Positions 21,301-36,000 of a stretch of 64,000 nucleotides of DNA are shown here, in pieces. Source of the stretch: Balanoglossus misakiensis. Lineage: Eukaryota > Animalia > Hemichordata. The stretch is from positions 8,757,097-8,821,096 of the forward strand of contig CM082598.2 of assembly GCA_040954595.2 (NCBI GenBank), in the 5' to 3' direction. Both the position numbers and the translations under genes were made by a program. Numbering within the stretch: the stretch's first letter is position 1; each line of letters begins with the position of its first letter. A model generated the notes under the pieces. That model ran no database searches. It saw only the letters and a program-made list of their open reading frames with translations, and was not told where the DNA came from.

Positions 21301-24300
21301 TCCCCTCCCAAGAATGGCGTCACCAAACTCTCAGCCGTTATTTCTCCCCTCCCAAGAATGGCGGCAACAAACTCTCTGCTATCATTTCTCCCCTCCCAAT
21401 AATGGCGGCAACAAATCTTAGCCCTTATTTCTCCCCTCCCAAGAATGGCGGCAACAAACTCTAAGCCCTTATTTCTCCCCTCCCAATAATGGCGGCAACA
21501 AAATATCAGCCCTTATTTCTCCCCTCCCAAGAATGACGGCAACAAACTCTCAGCCCCTATTTCTCCCCTCCCAAGAATGGCGGCAACAAACTCTCAGCCA
21601 TCGTTTCTCCCCTCCCAAGAATGGTGGCAACAAACTCTCAGCCCTTATTTCTCCCCTCCCAATAATGGCGGCAACAAATTCCCTGCCATCATTTCTCCTC
21701 TCCCAAGGAAGGCGGCAACAAATTCTCAGCTATCATTTCTCCCCTCCCAAGGATAGCGACAATAAATTTTCTGCCATCATTTCTCCTCTCCTAATAATGG
21801 CGGCAACAAACTCACAGCCCTTATTTCTCCCCTCTCAAAAATGGCGGCAACAAACTCTCAGCCATTATTTCTCCCCTCCAGAGAATGGCGGCAACAAACT
21901 CTCAGCCCTTATTTCTCCCCTCCCAAGGATGGCGACATTAAATTCTCTGTCATCATTTCTCCCCTCCAAAGAATGGCGGCAACATATTCTCTGCCATCGT
22001 TTCTCCCCTCCAAAGAATGGCGGCAACAAACTCTCAGCCCTTATTTCTCCCCTCCCAAGGATGGCGACATTAAATTCTCCGTCATCATTTCTCCCCTCCA
22101 AAGAATGGCGGCAACAAATTCTCAGCCATCATTTCTCCCCTCCAAAGGATAGCGACAATAAATTCTCTGCCATCGTTTCTCCCCTCCCAATAATGGCGGC
22201 AACAAACTCTAAGCCCTTATTTCTCCCCTCCCAATAATGGCGGCAACAAAGTATGAGCCCTTATTTCTCCCCTCCCAAGAATGGCGGCAACAAACTCTCA
22301 GCCCCTATTTCCCCCCTCCCAAGAATGGCGGCAACAAACTCTCAACCCTTATTTCTCCCCTCCCAATAATGGCGGCAACAAATTCTCTGCCATCATTTCT
22401 CCTCTCCCAAGCAAGGCGACAATAAATTCTCTGCCATCGTTTCTCCCCTCCAGAGAATGGCGGCAACAAACTCTCAGCCGTTATTTCTCCCCTCCCAAGA
22501 ATGGCGGCAACAAACTCTCAGCCTTATTTCTCCCCTCCCAAGGATGGCGACATTAAATTCTCTGTCATCATTTCTCCCCTCCCAAGAATGGCGGCAACAA
22601 ACTCTCAGCCTTATTTCTCCCCTCCCAAGGATGGCGACATTAAATTCTCTGTCATCATTTCTCCCCTCCAAAGAATGGCGGCAACAAATTCTCAGCCATC
22701 AGTTCTCCCCTCCCAAGGATAGCGACACTAAATTCTCTGTCATCATTTCTCCCCTCCAAAGAATGGCGGCAACAAACTCTCAGCCCTTATTTCTCCCCTC
22801 TCAAAAATGGCGGCAACAAACTCTCAGCCGTTATTTCTCCCCTCCCAAGGATGGCGTCAACAAACTCTTAGCCCTAATTCCTCCCCTCCCAAGGATGGCG
22901 ACAATAAACTCTCAGCCATCATTTCTCCCCTCCCAAGGATGGCGGCAACAAACTCTCAGCCCTTATTTCTCCCCTCCCAAGGATGGCGACATTAAATTCT
23001 CTGTCATCATTTCTCCCCTCCAAAGAATGGCGGCAACAAACTCTTAGCCCTAATTCCTCCCCTCCCAAGGATGGCGACAATAAACTCTCAGCCATCATTT
23101 CTCCCCTCCCAAGGATGGCGGCAACAAACTCTCAGCCCTTATTTCTCCCCTCCCAAGGATGGCGACATTAAATTCTCTGTCATCATTTCTCCCCTCCAAA
23201 GAATGGCGGCAACAAATTCTCAGCCATCATTTCTCCCCTCCCAAGGATAGCGACAATAAATTCTCTGCTATCGTTTCTCCCCTCCCAAGAATGGCGTCAA
23301 CAAACTCTTAGCCCTAATTCCTCCCCTCCCAAGGATGGCGACAATAAACTCTCAGCCATCATTTCTCCCCTCCCAAGGATGGCGGCAACAAACTCTCAGC
23401 CATCATTTCTCCCCTCCCAAGGATGGCGGCAACAAACTCTCAGCCCTTATTTCTCCCCTCCCAAGGATGGCGACATTAAATTCTCTGTCATCATTTCTCC
23501 CCTCCCAAGGATGGCGGCAACAAACTCTCAGCCATCATTTCTCCCCTCCCAAGGATGGCGTCAACAAACTCTTAGCCCTAATTCCTCCCCTCCCAAGGAT
23601 GGCGACAATAAACTCTCAGCCATCATTTCTCCCCTCCCAAGGATGGCGGCAACAAACTCTCAGCCATCATTTCTCCCCTCCCAAGAATGGCGTCACCAAA
23701 CTCTCAGCCGTTATTTCTCCCCTCCCAAGAATGGCGGCAACAAACTCTCTGCTATCATTTCTCCCCTCCCAATAATGGCGGCAACAAATCTTAGCCCTTA
23801 TTTCTCCCCTCCCAAGAATGGCGGCAACAAACTCTAAGCCCTTATTTCTCCCCTCCCAATAATGGCGGCAACAAAATATCAGCCATTATTTCTCCCCTCC
23901 CAAGAATGACGGCAACAAACTCTCAGCCCTTATTTCTCCTCTCCCAAGGATGGCGACAATATATTCTCAGCCGTTATTTCTCCCCTCCCAAAGATGACGG
24001 CAATACATTCTCTGCCATCGTTTCTCCCCTCCCAAGAATGGCGTCACCAAACTCTCAGCCGTTATTTCTCCCCTCCCAAGAATGGCGGCAACAAACTCTC
24101 TGCTATCATTTCTCCCCTCCCAATAATGGCGGCAACAAATCTTAGCCCTTATTTCTCCCCTCCCAAGAATGGCGGCAACAAACTCTAAGCCCTTATTTCT
24201 CCCCTCCCAATAATGGCGGCAACAAAATATCAGCCCTTATTTCTCCCCTCCCAAGAATGACGGCAACAAACTCTCAGCCCCTATTTCTCCCCTCCCAAGA

Positions 24301-27300
24301 ATGGCGGCAACAAACTCTCAGCCATCGTTTCTCCCCTCCCAAGAATGGTGGCAACAAACTCTCAGCCCTTATTTCTCCCCTCCCAATAATGGCGGCAACA
24401 AATTCCCTGCCATCATTTCTCCTCTCCCAAGGAAGGCGGCAACAAATTCTCAGCTATCATTTCTCCCCTCCCAAGGATAGCGACAATAAATTTTCTGCCA
24501 TCATTTCTCCTCTCCTAATAATGGCGGCAACAAACTCACAGCCCTTATTTCTCCCCTCTCAAAAATGGCGGCAACAAACTCTCAGCCATTATTTCTCCCC
24601 TCCAGAGAATGGCGGCAACAAACTCTCAGCCCTTATTTCTCCCCTCCCAAGGATGGCGACATTAAATTCTCTGTCATCATTTCTCCCCTCCAAAGAATGG
24701 CGGCAACATATTCTCTGCCATCGTTTCTCCCCTCCAAAGAATGGCGGCAACAAACTCTCAGCCCTTATTTCTCCCCTCCCAAGGATGGCGACATTAAATT
24801 CTCCGTCATCATTTCTCCCCTCCAAAGAATGGCGGCAACAAATTCTCAGCCATCATTTCTCCCCTCCAAAGGATAGCGACAATAAATTCTCTGCCATCGT
24901 TTCTCCCCTCCCAATAATGGCGGCAACAAACTCTAAGCCCTTATTTCTCCCCTCCCAATAATGGCGGCAACAAAGTATGAGCCCTTATTTCTCCCCTCCC
25001 AAGAATGGCGGCAACAAACTCTCAGCCCCTATTTCCCCCCTCCCAAGAATGGCGGCAACAAACTCTCAACCCTTATTTCTCCCCTCCCAATAATGGCGGC
25101 AACAAATTCTCTGCCATCATTTCTCCTCTCCCAAGCAAGGCGACAATAAATTCTCTGCCATCGTTTCTCCCCTCCAGAGAATGGCGGCAACAAACTCTCA
25201 GCCGTTATTTCTCCCCTCCCAAGAATGGCGGCAACAAACTCTCAGCCTTATTTCTCCCCTCCCAAGGATGGCGACATTAAATTCTCTGTCATCATTTCTC
25301 CCCTCCCAAGAATGGCGGCAACAAACTCTCAGCCTTATTTCTCCCCTCCCAAGGATGGCGACATTAAATTCTCTGTCATCATTTCTCCCCTCCAAAGAAT
25401 GGCGGCAACAAATTCTCAGCCATCAGTTCTCCCCTCCCAAGGATAGCGACACTAAATTCTCTGTCATCATTTCTCCCCTCCAAAGAATGGCGGCAACAAA
25501 CTCTCAGCCCTTATTTCTCCCCTCTCAAAAATGGCGGCAACAAACTCTCAGCCGTTATTTCTCCCCTCCCAAGGATGGCGTCAACAAACTCTTAGCCCTA
25601 ATTCCTCCCCTCCCAAGGATGGCGACAATAAACTCTCAGCCATCATTTCTCCCCTCCCAAGGATGGCGGCAACAAACTCTCAGCCCTTATTTCTCCCCTC
25701 CCAAGGATGGCGACATTAAATTCTCTGTCATCATTTCTCCCCTCCAAAGAATGGCGGCAACAAACTCTTAGCCCTAATTCCTCCCCTCCCAAGGATGGCG
25801 ACAATAAACTCTCAGCCATCATTTCTCCCCTCCCAAGGATGGCGGCAACAAACTCTCAGCCCTTATTTCTCCCCTCCCAAGGATGGCGACATTAAATTCT
25901 CTGTCATCATTTCTCCCCTCCAAAGAATGGCGGCAACAAATTCTCAGCCATCATTTCTCCCCTCCCAAGGATAGCGACAATAAATTCTCTGCTATCGTTT
26001 CTCCCCTCCCAAGAATGGCGTCAACAAACTCTTAGCCCTAATTCCTCCCCTCCCAAGGATGGCGACAATAAACTCTCAGCCATCATTTCTCCCCTCCCAA
26101 GGATGGCGGCAACAAACTCTCAGCCATCATTTCTCCCCTCCCAAGGATGGCGGCAACAAACTCTCAGCCCTTATTTCTCCCCTCCCAAGGATGGCGACAT
26201 TAAATTCTCTGTCATCATTTCTCCCCTCCCAAGGATGGCGGCAACAAACTCTCAGCCATCATTTCTCCCCTCCCAAGGATGGCGTCAACAAACTCTTAGC
26301 CCTAATTCCTCCCCTCCCAAGGATGGCGACAATAAACTCTCAGCCATCATTTCTCCCCTCCCAAGGATGGCGGCAACAAACTCTCAGCCATCATTTCTCC
26401 CCTCCCAAGGATGGCGACATTAAATTCTCTGTCATCATTTCTCCCCTCCCAAGGATGGCGGCAACAAACTCTCAGCCCTTATTTCTCCCCTCCCAAGGAT
26501 GGCGACAATAAACTCTCAGCCATCATTTCTCCCCTCCCAAGGATGGCGGCAACAAACTCTCAGCCATCATTTCTCCCCTCCCAAGGATGGCGGCAACAAA
26601 CTCTCAGCCATCATTTCTCCCCTCCCAAGGATGGCGGCAACAAACTCTTAGCCCTAATTCCTCCCCTCCCAAGGATGGCGACAATAAACTCTCAGCCATC
26701 ATTTCTCCCCTCCCAAGGATGGCGACAATAAACTCTCAGCCATCATTTCTCCCCTCCCAAGGATGGCGGCAACAAACTCTCAGCCCTTATTTCTCCCCTC
26801 CCAAGGATGGCGACATTAAATTCTCTGTCATCATTTCTCCCCTCCAAAGAATGGCGGCAACAAATTCTCAGCCATCATTTCTCCCCTCCCAAGGATAGCG
26901 ACAATAAATTCTCTGCCATCGTTTCTCCCCTCCCAAGAATGGCGTCAACAAATTCTCAGCCATCAGTTCTCCCCTCCCAAGGATAGCGACAATAAATTCT
27001 CTGTCATCATTTCTCCCCTCCAAAGAATGGCGGCAACAAACTCTCAGCCCTTATTTCTCCCCTCCCAATAATGGCGGCAACAAACTCTCAGCCATCGTTT
27101 CTCCCCTCCCAAGAATGGTGGCAACAAACTCTCAGCCCTTATTTCTCCCCTCCCATTAATGGCGGCAACAAATTCCCTGCCATCATTTCTCCCCTCCCAA
27201 GGATGGCGACATTAAATTCTCTGTCATCATTTCTCCCCTCCAAAGAATGGCGGCAACAAATTCTCAGCTATCATTTCTCCCCTCCCAAGGATAGCGACAA

Positions 27301-30000
27301 TACATTTTATGCCATCGTTTCTCCCCTCCCAATAATGGCGGCAACAAACTCACAGCCCTTATTTCTCCCCTCTCAAAAATGGCGGCAACAAACTCTCAGC
27401 CGTTATTTCTCCCCTCCAGAGAATGGCGGCAACAATTTCTCAGCCCTTATTTCTCCCCTCCCAAGGATGGCGACATTAAATTCTCTGTCATCATTTCTCC
27501 CCTCCAAAGAATGGCGGCAACAAATTCTCTGCCATCGTTTCTCCCCTCCAGAGAATGGCGGAAACAAACTCTCAGCCCTTATTTCTCCCCTCCCAAGGAT
27601 GGCGACATTAAATTCTCTGTCATCATTTCTCCCCTCCAAAGAATGGCGGCAACAAATTCTCAGCCATCATTTCTCCCCTCCCAAGGATAGCGACAATAAA
27701 TTCTCTGCCATCGTTTCTCCCCTCCCAATAATGGCGGCAACAAACTCTAAGCCCTTATTTCTCCCCTCCCAATAATGGCGGCAACAAACTATCAGCCCTT
27801 ATTTCTCCCCTCCCAAGAATGGCGGCAACAAACTCTCAGCCCCTATTTCTCCCCTCCAAAGAATGGCGGCAACAAACTCTCAGCCATCGTTTCTCCCCTC
27901 CCAAGAATGGCGGCAACAAACTCTCAACCCTTATTTCTCCCCTCCCAATAATGGCGGCAACAAATTCTCTGCCATCATTTCTCCTCTCCCAAGGAAGGCG
28001 ACAATAAATTCTCTGCCATCGTTTCTCCCCTCCAGAGAATGGCGGCAACAAACTCTCAGCCTTTATTTCTCCCCTCCCAAGAATGGCGGCCACAAACTCT
28101 CAGCCGTTATTTCTCCCCTCCCAAGAATGGCGGCAACAAACTCTCAGCCTTATTTCTCCCCTCCCAAGGATGGCGACATTAAATTCTCTGTCATCATTTC
28201 TCCCCTCCAAAGAATGGCGGCAACAAATTCTCAGCCATCAGTTCTCCCCTCCCAAGGATAGCGACACTAAATTCTCTGTCATCATTTCTCCCCTCCAAAG
28301 AATGGCGGCAACAAACTCTCAGCCCTTATTTCTCCCCTCTCAAAAATGGCGGCAACAAATTCTCTGCTATCATTTCTCCCCTCCCAATAATGGCGGCAAC
28401 AAACTCTAAGCCCTTATTTCTCCCCTCCCAATAATGGCGGCAACAAACTATCAGCCCTTATTTCTCCCCTTCCAAGAATGACGGCAACAAACTCTCAGCC
28501 CATATTTCTCCCCTCCCAAGAATGGCGGAAACAAACTCTCAGCCATCGTTTCTCCCCTCCCAAGAATAGCGGCAACAAATTCTCAGCCGTTATTTCTCCC
28601 CTCCCAAGAATGGCGGCAACAAACTCTCAGCCTTATTTCTCCCCTCCCAAGGATGGCGACATTAAATTCTCTGTCATCATTTCTCCCCTCCAAAGAATGG
28701 CGGCAACAAACTCTCAGCCCTTATTTCTCCCCTCTCAAAAATGGCGGCAACAAACTCTCAGCCGTTATTTCTCCCCTCCCAAGGATGGCGACATTAAATT
28801 CTCTGTCATCATTTCTCCCCTCCAAAGAATGGCGGCAACAAACTCTCAGCCCTTATTTCTCCCCTCTCAAAAATGGCGGCAACAAACTCTCAGCCTTATT
28901 TCTCCCCTCCCAAGGATGGCGACATTAAATTCTCTGTCATCATTTCTCCCCTCCAAAGAATGGCGGCAACAAACTCTCAGCCCTTATTTCTCCCCTCTCA
29001 AAAATGGCGGCAACAAACTCTCAGCCCTTATTTCTCCCCTCCCAAGGATGGCGACAATAAGTTCTCTGTCATCGTTTCTCCTCTCCAGAGAATGGCGGCA
29101 ACAAACTCTCAGCCCTTATTTCTCCCCTCCCAAGGATGGCGACATTAAATTCTCAGCCATCATTTCTCCCCTCCCAAGGATAGCGACAATAAATTCTCTG
29201 CCATCGTTTCTCCCCTCCCAAGAATGGCGTCAACAAATTCTCAGCCATCAGTTCTCCCCTCCCAAGGATAGCGACAATAAATTCTCTGTCATCATTTCTC
29301 CCCTCAAAAGAATGGCGGCAACAAACTCTCAGCCCTTATTTCTCCCCTCCCAATAATGGCGGCAACAAACTCTCAGCCGTTATTTCTCCCCTCCCAAGAA
29401 TGGCGGCAACAAACTCTCAGACGTTATTTCTCCCCTCCCAAGGATGGCGACAATAAATTCTCTGCCATCGTTTCTCCCCTCCAGAGAATGGCGGCAACAA
29501 ACTCTCAGCCCTTATTTCTCCCCTCCCAAGGATAGCGATAATAAATTCTCTGCAATCGTTTCTCCCCTCCCAATAATGGCGGCAACAAACTCTCAGCCCT
29601 TATTTCTCCTCTCCCAAGGATGGCGACAATATATTCTCAGCCGTTATTTCTCCCCTCCCAAAGATGACGGCAATACATTCTCTGCCATCGTTTCTCCCCT
29701 CCCAAGAATGGCGTCACCAAACTCTCAGCCGTTATTTCTCCCCTCCCAAGAATGGCGGCAACAAACTCTCAGCCGTTATTTCTCCCCTCCCAAGGATGGC
29801 GACAATAAATTCTCTGTCATCGTTTCTCCCCTCCAGAGAATGGCGGCAACAAACTCTCAGCCCTTATTTCTCCCCTCCCAAGGATAGCGATAATAAATTC
29901 TCTGCAATCGTTTCTCCCCTCCCAATAATGGCGACAACAAACTCTCAGCCGTTATTTCACCCCTCCCAAAGATAGCGACAATAAATTCTCTGCCATCGTT
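12400..30000 (+). repeat. Satellite domain 2: nested multi-kb duplications (3165 bp, 2724 bp, ~8.6-8.8 kb); boundaries approximate
   Basis: Private SNP pairs: cccatggat 14498/17663 (3165 bp), aaagtatgag 22251/24975 (2724 bp), and aataagttct 20316/29061 and cagacgtt 20676/29421 (both 8745 bp). Diagnostic monomers are gacattaaattctctgtc and ctcttagccctaattcc. Confidence 0.85.
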
Positions 30001-33000
30001 TCTCCCCTCCCAATAATGGCGGCAACAAACTCTCAGCCCTTATTTCTCCCCTCCCAATAATGGCGGCAACAAATCTTAGCCCTTATTTCTCCCCTCCCAA
30101 GAATGACGGCAACAAACTCTAAGCCCTTATTTCTCCCCTCCCAATAATGGCGGCAACAAACTATCAGCCCTTATTTCTCCTCTCCCAAGAATGGCGGCAA
30201 CAAACTCTCAGCCCCTATTTCTCCCCTCCCAAGAATGGCGGAAACAAACTCTCAGCCATCGTTTCTCCAATCCAGAGAATGGCGGCAACAAACTCTCTGC
30301 CCTTATTTCTCCCCTCCCAATAATGGCGACAACAAACTCTCAGCCGTTATTTCACCCCTCCCAAAGATAGCGGCAATAAATTCTCTGCCATCGTTTCTCC
30401 CCTCCAGATAATGGCGGAAACAAACTCTCAGCCCTTATTTCTCCCCTCCCAAGGATAGCGACAATAAATTCTCTGCCATCGTTTCTCCCCTCCCAATAAT
30501 GGCGGCAACAAACTCTCAGCCCTTATTTCTCCCCTCCCAATAATGGCGGCAACAAACTCTCAGCCCTTATTACTCCCCTCTCAAAAATGGCGGCAACAAA
30601 CTCTCAGCCGTTATTTCTCCCCTCCCAAGGATGGCGGCAATAAATTCTCTGCCATCATTTCTCCCCTCCCAAGAATGGCGGCAACAAACTCTCAGCCCTT
30701 ATTTCTCCCCTCCTAAGGATGGCGGCAATAATTTCTCTGCCATGATTTCTCCCCTCCCAAGAATGGCGGCAACAAACTCTCAGCCCTTATTTCTCCCCTC
30801 CCAATAATGGCGGCAACAAACTCTCAGCCCTTATTTCTCCCCTCTCAAAAATGGCGGCAACAAACTCTCAGCCGTTATTTCTCCCCTCCCAAGGATGGCG
30901 GCAATAAATTCTCTGCCATCATTTCTCCCCTCCCAAGAATGGCGGCAACAAACTCTCAGCCCTTATTTCTCCCCTCCCAAGGATGGCGGCAATAATTTCT
31001 CTGCCATGATTTCTCCCCTCCCAAGAATGGCAGCAATAAATTCTCTGCCATCATTTCTCCCCTCCCAATAATGGCGGCAACAAACTATCAGCCCTTATTT
31101 CTCCTCTCCCAATAATGGCGGCAACAAACTCTCAGCCCTTATTTTTCCCCTCTCAAAAATGGCGGCAACAAACTCTCAGCCGTTATTTCTCCCCTCCCAA
31201 GGATGGCGGCAATAAATTCTCTGCCATCATTTCTCCCCTCCCAAGAATGGCGGCAACAAACTCTCAGCCCTTATTTCTCCCCTCCCAAGGATGGCGGCAA
31301 TAATTTCTCTGCCATGATTTCTCCCCTCCCAAGAATGGCGGCAATAAATTCTCTGCCATCATTTCTCCCCTCCCAATAATGGCGGCAACAAACTATCAGC
31401 CCTTATTTCTCCTCTCCCAAGAATGGCGGCAACAAACTCTCAGCCCCTATTTCTCCCCTCCCAAGAATGGCGGAAACAAACTCTCAGCCATCGTTTCTCC
31501 CCTCCAGAGAATGGCGGCAACAAACTCTCTGCCCTTATTTCTCCCCTCCCAAGAATGGCGGCAACAAACTCTCAGCCCTTATTTCTCCCCTCCCAATATT
31601 GGCGGCAACAAATCTTCTGCCATCATTTCTCCTCTCCCAAGGAAGGCGACAAAAAATTCTCTGCCATCGTTACTCCCCTCCAGATAATGGCGGAAACAAA
31701 CTCTCAGCCCTTATTTCTCCCCTCCCAAGGATAGCGACAATAAATTCTCTGCCATCGTTTCTCCCCTCCCAATAATGGCAGCAACAAACTCTCAGCCCTT
31801 ATTTCTCCCCTCCCAATAATGGCGGCAACAAACTCTCTGCCCTTATTTCTCCCCTCTCAAAAATGGCGGCAACAAACTCTCAGCCGTTATTTCTCCCCTC
31901 CCAAGGATGGCGGCAATACATTCTCTGCCATCGTTTCTCCCCTCCCAAGAATGGCGGCAACAAACCCTCAGCCCTTATTTCTCCCCTCCCAAGGATGACG
32001 ACAATAAATTCTCTGCCATCGTTTCTCCCCTCCAGAGAATGGCGGCAACAAACTCTCAGCCCTTATTTCTCCCCTCCCAAGGATAACGACAATACATTTT
32101 CAGCCATCGTTTCTCCCCTCCAGATAATGGCGGCAACAAACTCTCAGCCATCATTTCTCCCCTCCCAACAAACTCTCAGCCGTTATTTCCCCCCTCCCAA
32201 GGATGGCGGCAATAAATTCTCTGCCATCATTTCTCCCCTCCAAAGAATGGCGGCAACAAATTCTCAGCCATCATTTCTCCCCTCCCTAAAATGGCGGCAA
32301 CAAATTCTCTGCTATCATTTCTCTCCTCCCAATAATGGCGGCAACAAATCTTAGCCCTTATTTCTCCCCTCCCAAGAATGGCAGCAACAAACTATCAGCC
32401 CTTATTTCTCCCCTCCCAAGAATGGCGGCAACAAACTCTCAGCCATCGTTTCTCCCCTCCCAAGAATGGCGGCAACAAACTCTCAGCTCTTATTTCTCCC
32501 CTCCCAATAATGGCGGCAATAAATTCTCTGCCATCATTTCTCCCCTCCCAAGAATGGCGGCAACAAACTCTCAGCTCTTATTTCTCCCCTCCCAATAATG
32601 GCGGCAATAAATTCTCTGCCATCATTTCTCCCCTCCCAAGAATGGCGGCAACAAACTCTCAGCCATGATTTCTCCCTTCCCAAGAATGGCGGCAATAAAT
32701 TCTCTGCCATCATTTCTCCCCTCCCAATAATGGCGGCAACAAACTCTCAGCCATCGTTTCTCCCCTCCAGAGAATGGCGGCAACAAACTCTCTGCCCTTA
32801 TTTCTCCCCTCCCAAGAATGGCGGCAACAAACTCTCAGCCCTTATTTCTCCCCTCCCAATAATGGCGGCAACAAATCTTCTGCCATCATTTCTCCTCTCC
32901 CAAGGAAGGCGACAAAAAATTCTCTGCCATCGTTACTCCCCTCCAGATAATGGCGGCAACAAACTCTCAGCCGTTATTTCTCCCCTCCCAAGGATAGCGA

Positions 33001-36000
33001 CAATAAATTCTCTGCCATCGTTTCTCCCCTCCCAATAATGGCAGCAACAAACTCTCAGCCCTTATTTCTCCCCTCCCAATAATGGCGGTAACAAACTCTC
33101 AGCCCTTATTTCTCCCCTCTCAAAAATGGCGGCAACAAACTCTCAGCCGTTATTTCTCCCCTCCCAAGGATGGCGGCAATACATTCTCTGCCATCGTTTC
33201 TCCCCTCCCAAGAATGGCGGCAACAAACCCTCAGCCCTTATTTCTCCTCTCCAAAGGATGACGACAATACATTTTCAGCCATCGTTTCTCCCCTCCAGAT
33301 AATGGCGGCAACAAACTCTCAGCCATCATTTCTCCCCTCCCAACAAACTCGCAGTCGTTATTTCCCCCCTCCCAAGGATGACGACAATAAATTCTCTGCC
33401 ATCGTTTCTCCCCTCCAGAGAATGGCGGCAACAAACTCTCAGCCCTTATTTCTCCCCTCCTAAGGATGGCGACAATACATTTTCAGCCATCGTTTCTCCC
33501 CTCCAGATAATGGTGGCAACAAACTCTCAGCCATCATTTCTCCCCTCCAAACAAACTCTCAGTCGTTATTTCTCCCCTCCCAAGGATGACGACAATAAAT
33601 TCTCTGCCATCGTTTCTCCCCTCCAGAGAATGGCGGCAACAAACTCTCAGCCCTCATTTCTCCCCTCCTAAGGATGGCGACAATACATTTTCAGCCATCG
33701 TTTCTCCCCTCCAGATAATGGCGGCAATAAATTCTCTGCCATCATTTCTCCCTACCAAAGAATGGCGGCAACAAATTCTCAGCCATCATTTCTCCCCTCC
33801 CTAAAATGGCGGCAACAAATTCTCTGCTATCATTTCTCTCCTCCCAATAATGGCGGCAACAAATCTTAGCCCTTATTTCTCCCCTCCCAAGAATGGCGGC
33901 AACAAACTATCAGCCCTTATTTCTCCCCTCCCAAGAATGGCGGCAACAAACTCTCAGCCCCTACCTGTATTTCTCCCCTCCCAAGAATGGCGGCAACAAA
34001 CTCTCAGCCATCGTTTCTCCCCTCCCAAGAATGGCGGCAACAAACTCTCAGCTCTTATTTCTCCCCTCCCAATAATGGCGGCAACAAATTCTCTGCCATC
34101 ATTTCTCCTCTCCCAAGGAAGGCGACAATAAATTCTCTGCCATCGTTTCTCCCCTCCCAATAATGGCGGCAACAAACTCTCAGCCGTTATTTCTCCCCTC
34201 CCAAGAATGGCAGCCACAAACTCTCAGCCGTTATTTCTCCCCTCCCAAGAATGGCGGCAACAAACTCTCAGCCCTTATTTCTCCCCTCCCAAGAATGGCG
34301 GCAACAAACTCTCAGCCCTTATTTCTCCCCTCCCAAGAATGGCGGCAACAAACTCTCAGCCCTTATTTCTCCCCTCCCAAGAATGGCGGCAACAAACTCT
34401 CAGCCATCATTTCACCCCTCCCAAAAAACTCTCAGCCGTTATTTCCCCCCTCCCAAGGATGGCGGCAATAAATTCTCTGTCATCATTTCTCCCCTCCAAA
34501 GAATGGTGGCAACAAATTCTCAGCCATAATTTCTCCCCTCCCAAGGATAGCGAAAATAAATTATCTGCCATCGTTTCTCCCCTCCCAATAAAGGCGGCAA
34601 CAAACTCTCAGCCCTTATTTCTCCCCTCTCAAAATGGCGGCAACAAACTCTCAGCCGTTATTTCTCCCCTCCCAAGGATAGCGGCAATACATTCTCTGCC
34701 ATCGTTTCTCTCCTCCCAAGAATGGCGTCAACAAACTCTCAGCCCATATTTCTCCCCTCCCAAGGATGGCGACAATAAATTCTCTGCCATCGTTTCTCCC
34801 CTCCAGAGAATGGCGGCAACAAACTCTCAGCCCTTATTTCTCCCCTCCCAAGGATGGCGACTATAAATTCTCTGCCATCGTTTCTCCCCTCCAGAGAATG
34901 GCGGCAACAAACTCTCAGCCATGATTTCTCCCCTCCCAAGGATGGCGACAATAAATTCTCTGCCATCATTTCTCCCCTCCCAAGAATGGCGGCAACAAAC
35001 TCTCAGCCCTTATTTCTCCCCTCCCAAAGACGGCGGCAATAAATTCTCTGCCATCATTTCTCCCCTCCCAAGAATGGCGGCAACAAACTCTCAGCCCATA
35101 TTTCTCCCCTCCCAAGGATGGCGGCAATAAATTCTCTGCCATCATTTCTCCCCTCACAAGAATGGCGGCAATAAATTCTCTGCCAACATTTCTCCCCTCC
35201 CAGGGATGGCGGCAATAAATTCTCTGCCATCATTTCTCCCTCCCAAGAAGGGCGGCAACAAACTCTCAGCCCTTATTTATCCCCTCCCAAGGATGGCGGC
35301 AATAAATTCTCAGCTATCATTTCTCCCCTCCCAAGGATGGCGGCAACAAATTCTCAGCCATCATTTCTCCCCTCTCTAAAATGGCGGCAACAAATTCTCT
35401 GCTATCATTTCTCCCCTCCCAATAATGGCGGCAACAAATCTTAGCCCTTATTTCTCCCCTCCCAAGAATGGCGGCAACAAACTCTAAGCCCTTATTTCTC
35501 CCCTCCCAATAATGGCGGCAACAAACTATAAGCCCTTATTTCTCCCCTCCCAAGAATGGCGGCAACAAACTCTCAGCCCCTATTTCTCCCCTCCCAAGAA
35601 TGGCGGAAACAAACTCTCAGCCATCGTTTCTCCCCTCCAGAGAATGGCAGCAACAAACTCTCCGCCCTTATTTCTCCCCTCCCAAGAATGGCGGCAACAA
35701 ACTCTCAGCCCTTATTTCTCCCCTCCAAATAATGGCGGCAACAAATTCTCTGCCATCATTTCTCCTCTCCCAAGGAAGGCGACAATAAATTCTCTGCCAT
35801 CGTTTCTCCCCTCCAGATAATGGCGGAAACAAACTCTCAGCCGTTATTTCTCCCCTCCCAATAATGGCGACAACAAACTCTCAGCCATCGTTTCTCCCCT
35901 CCCAAGAATGGCGGCAACAAACTCTCAGCCCTTATTTCTCCCCTCCCAAGAATGGCGGCAACAAACTCTCAGCCCTTATTTCTCCCCTCCCAATAATGGC

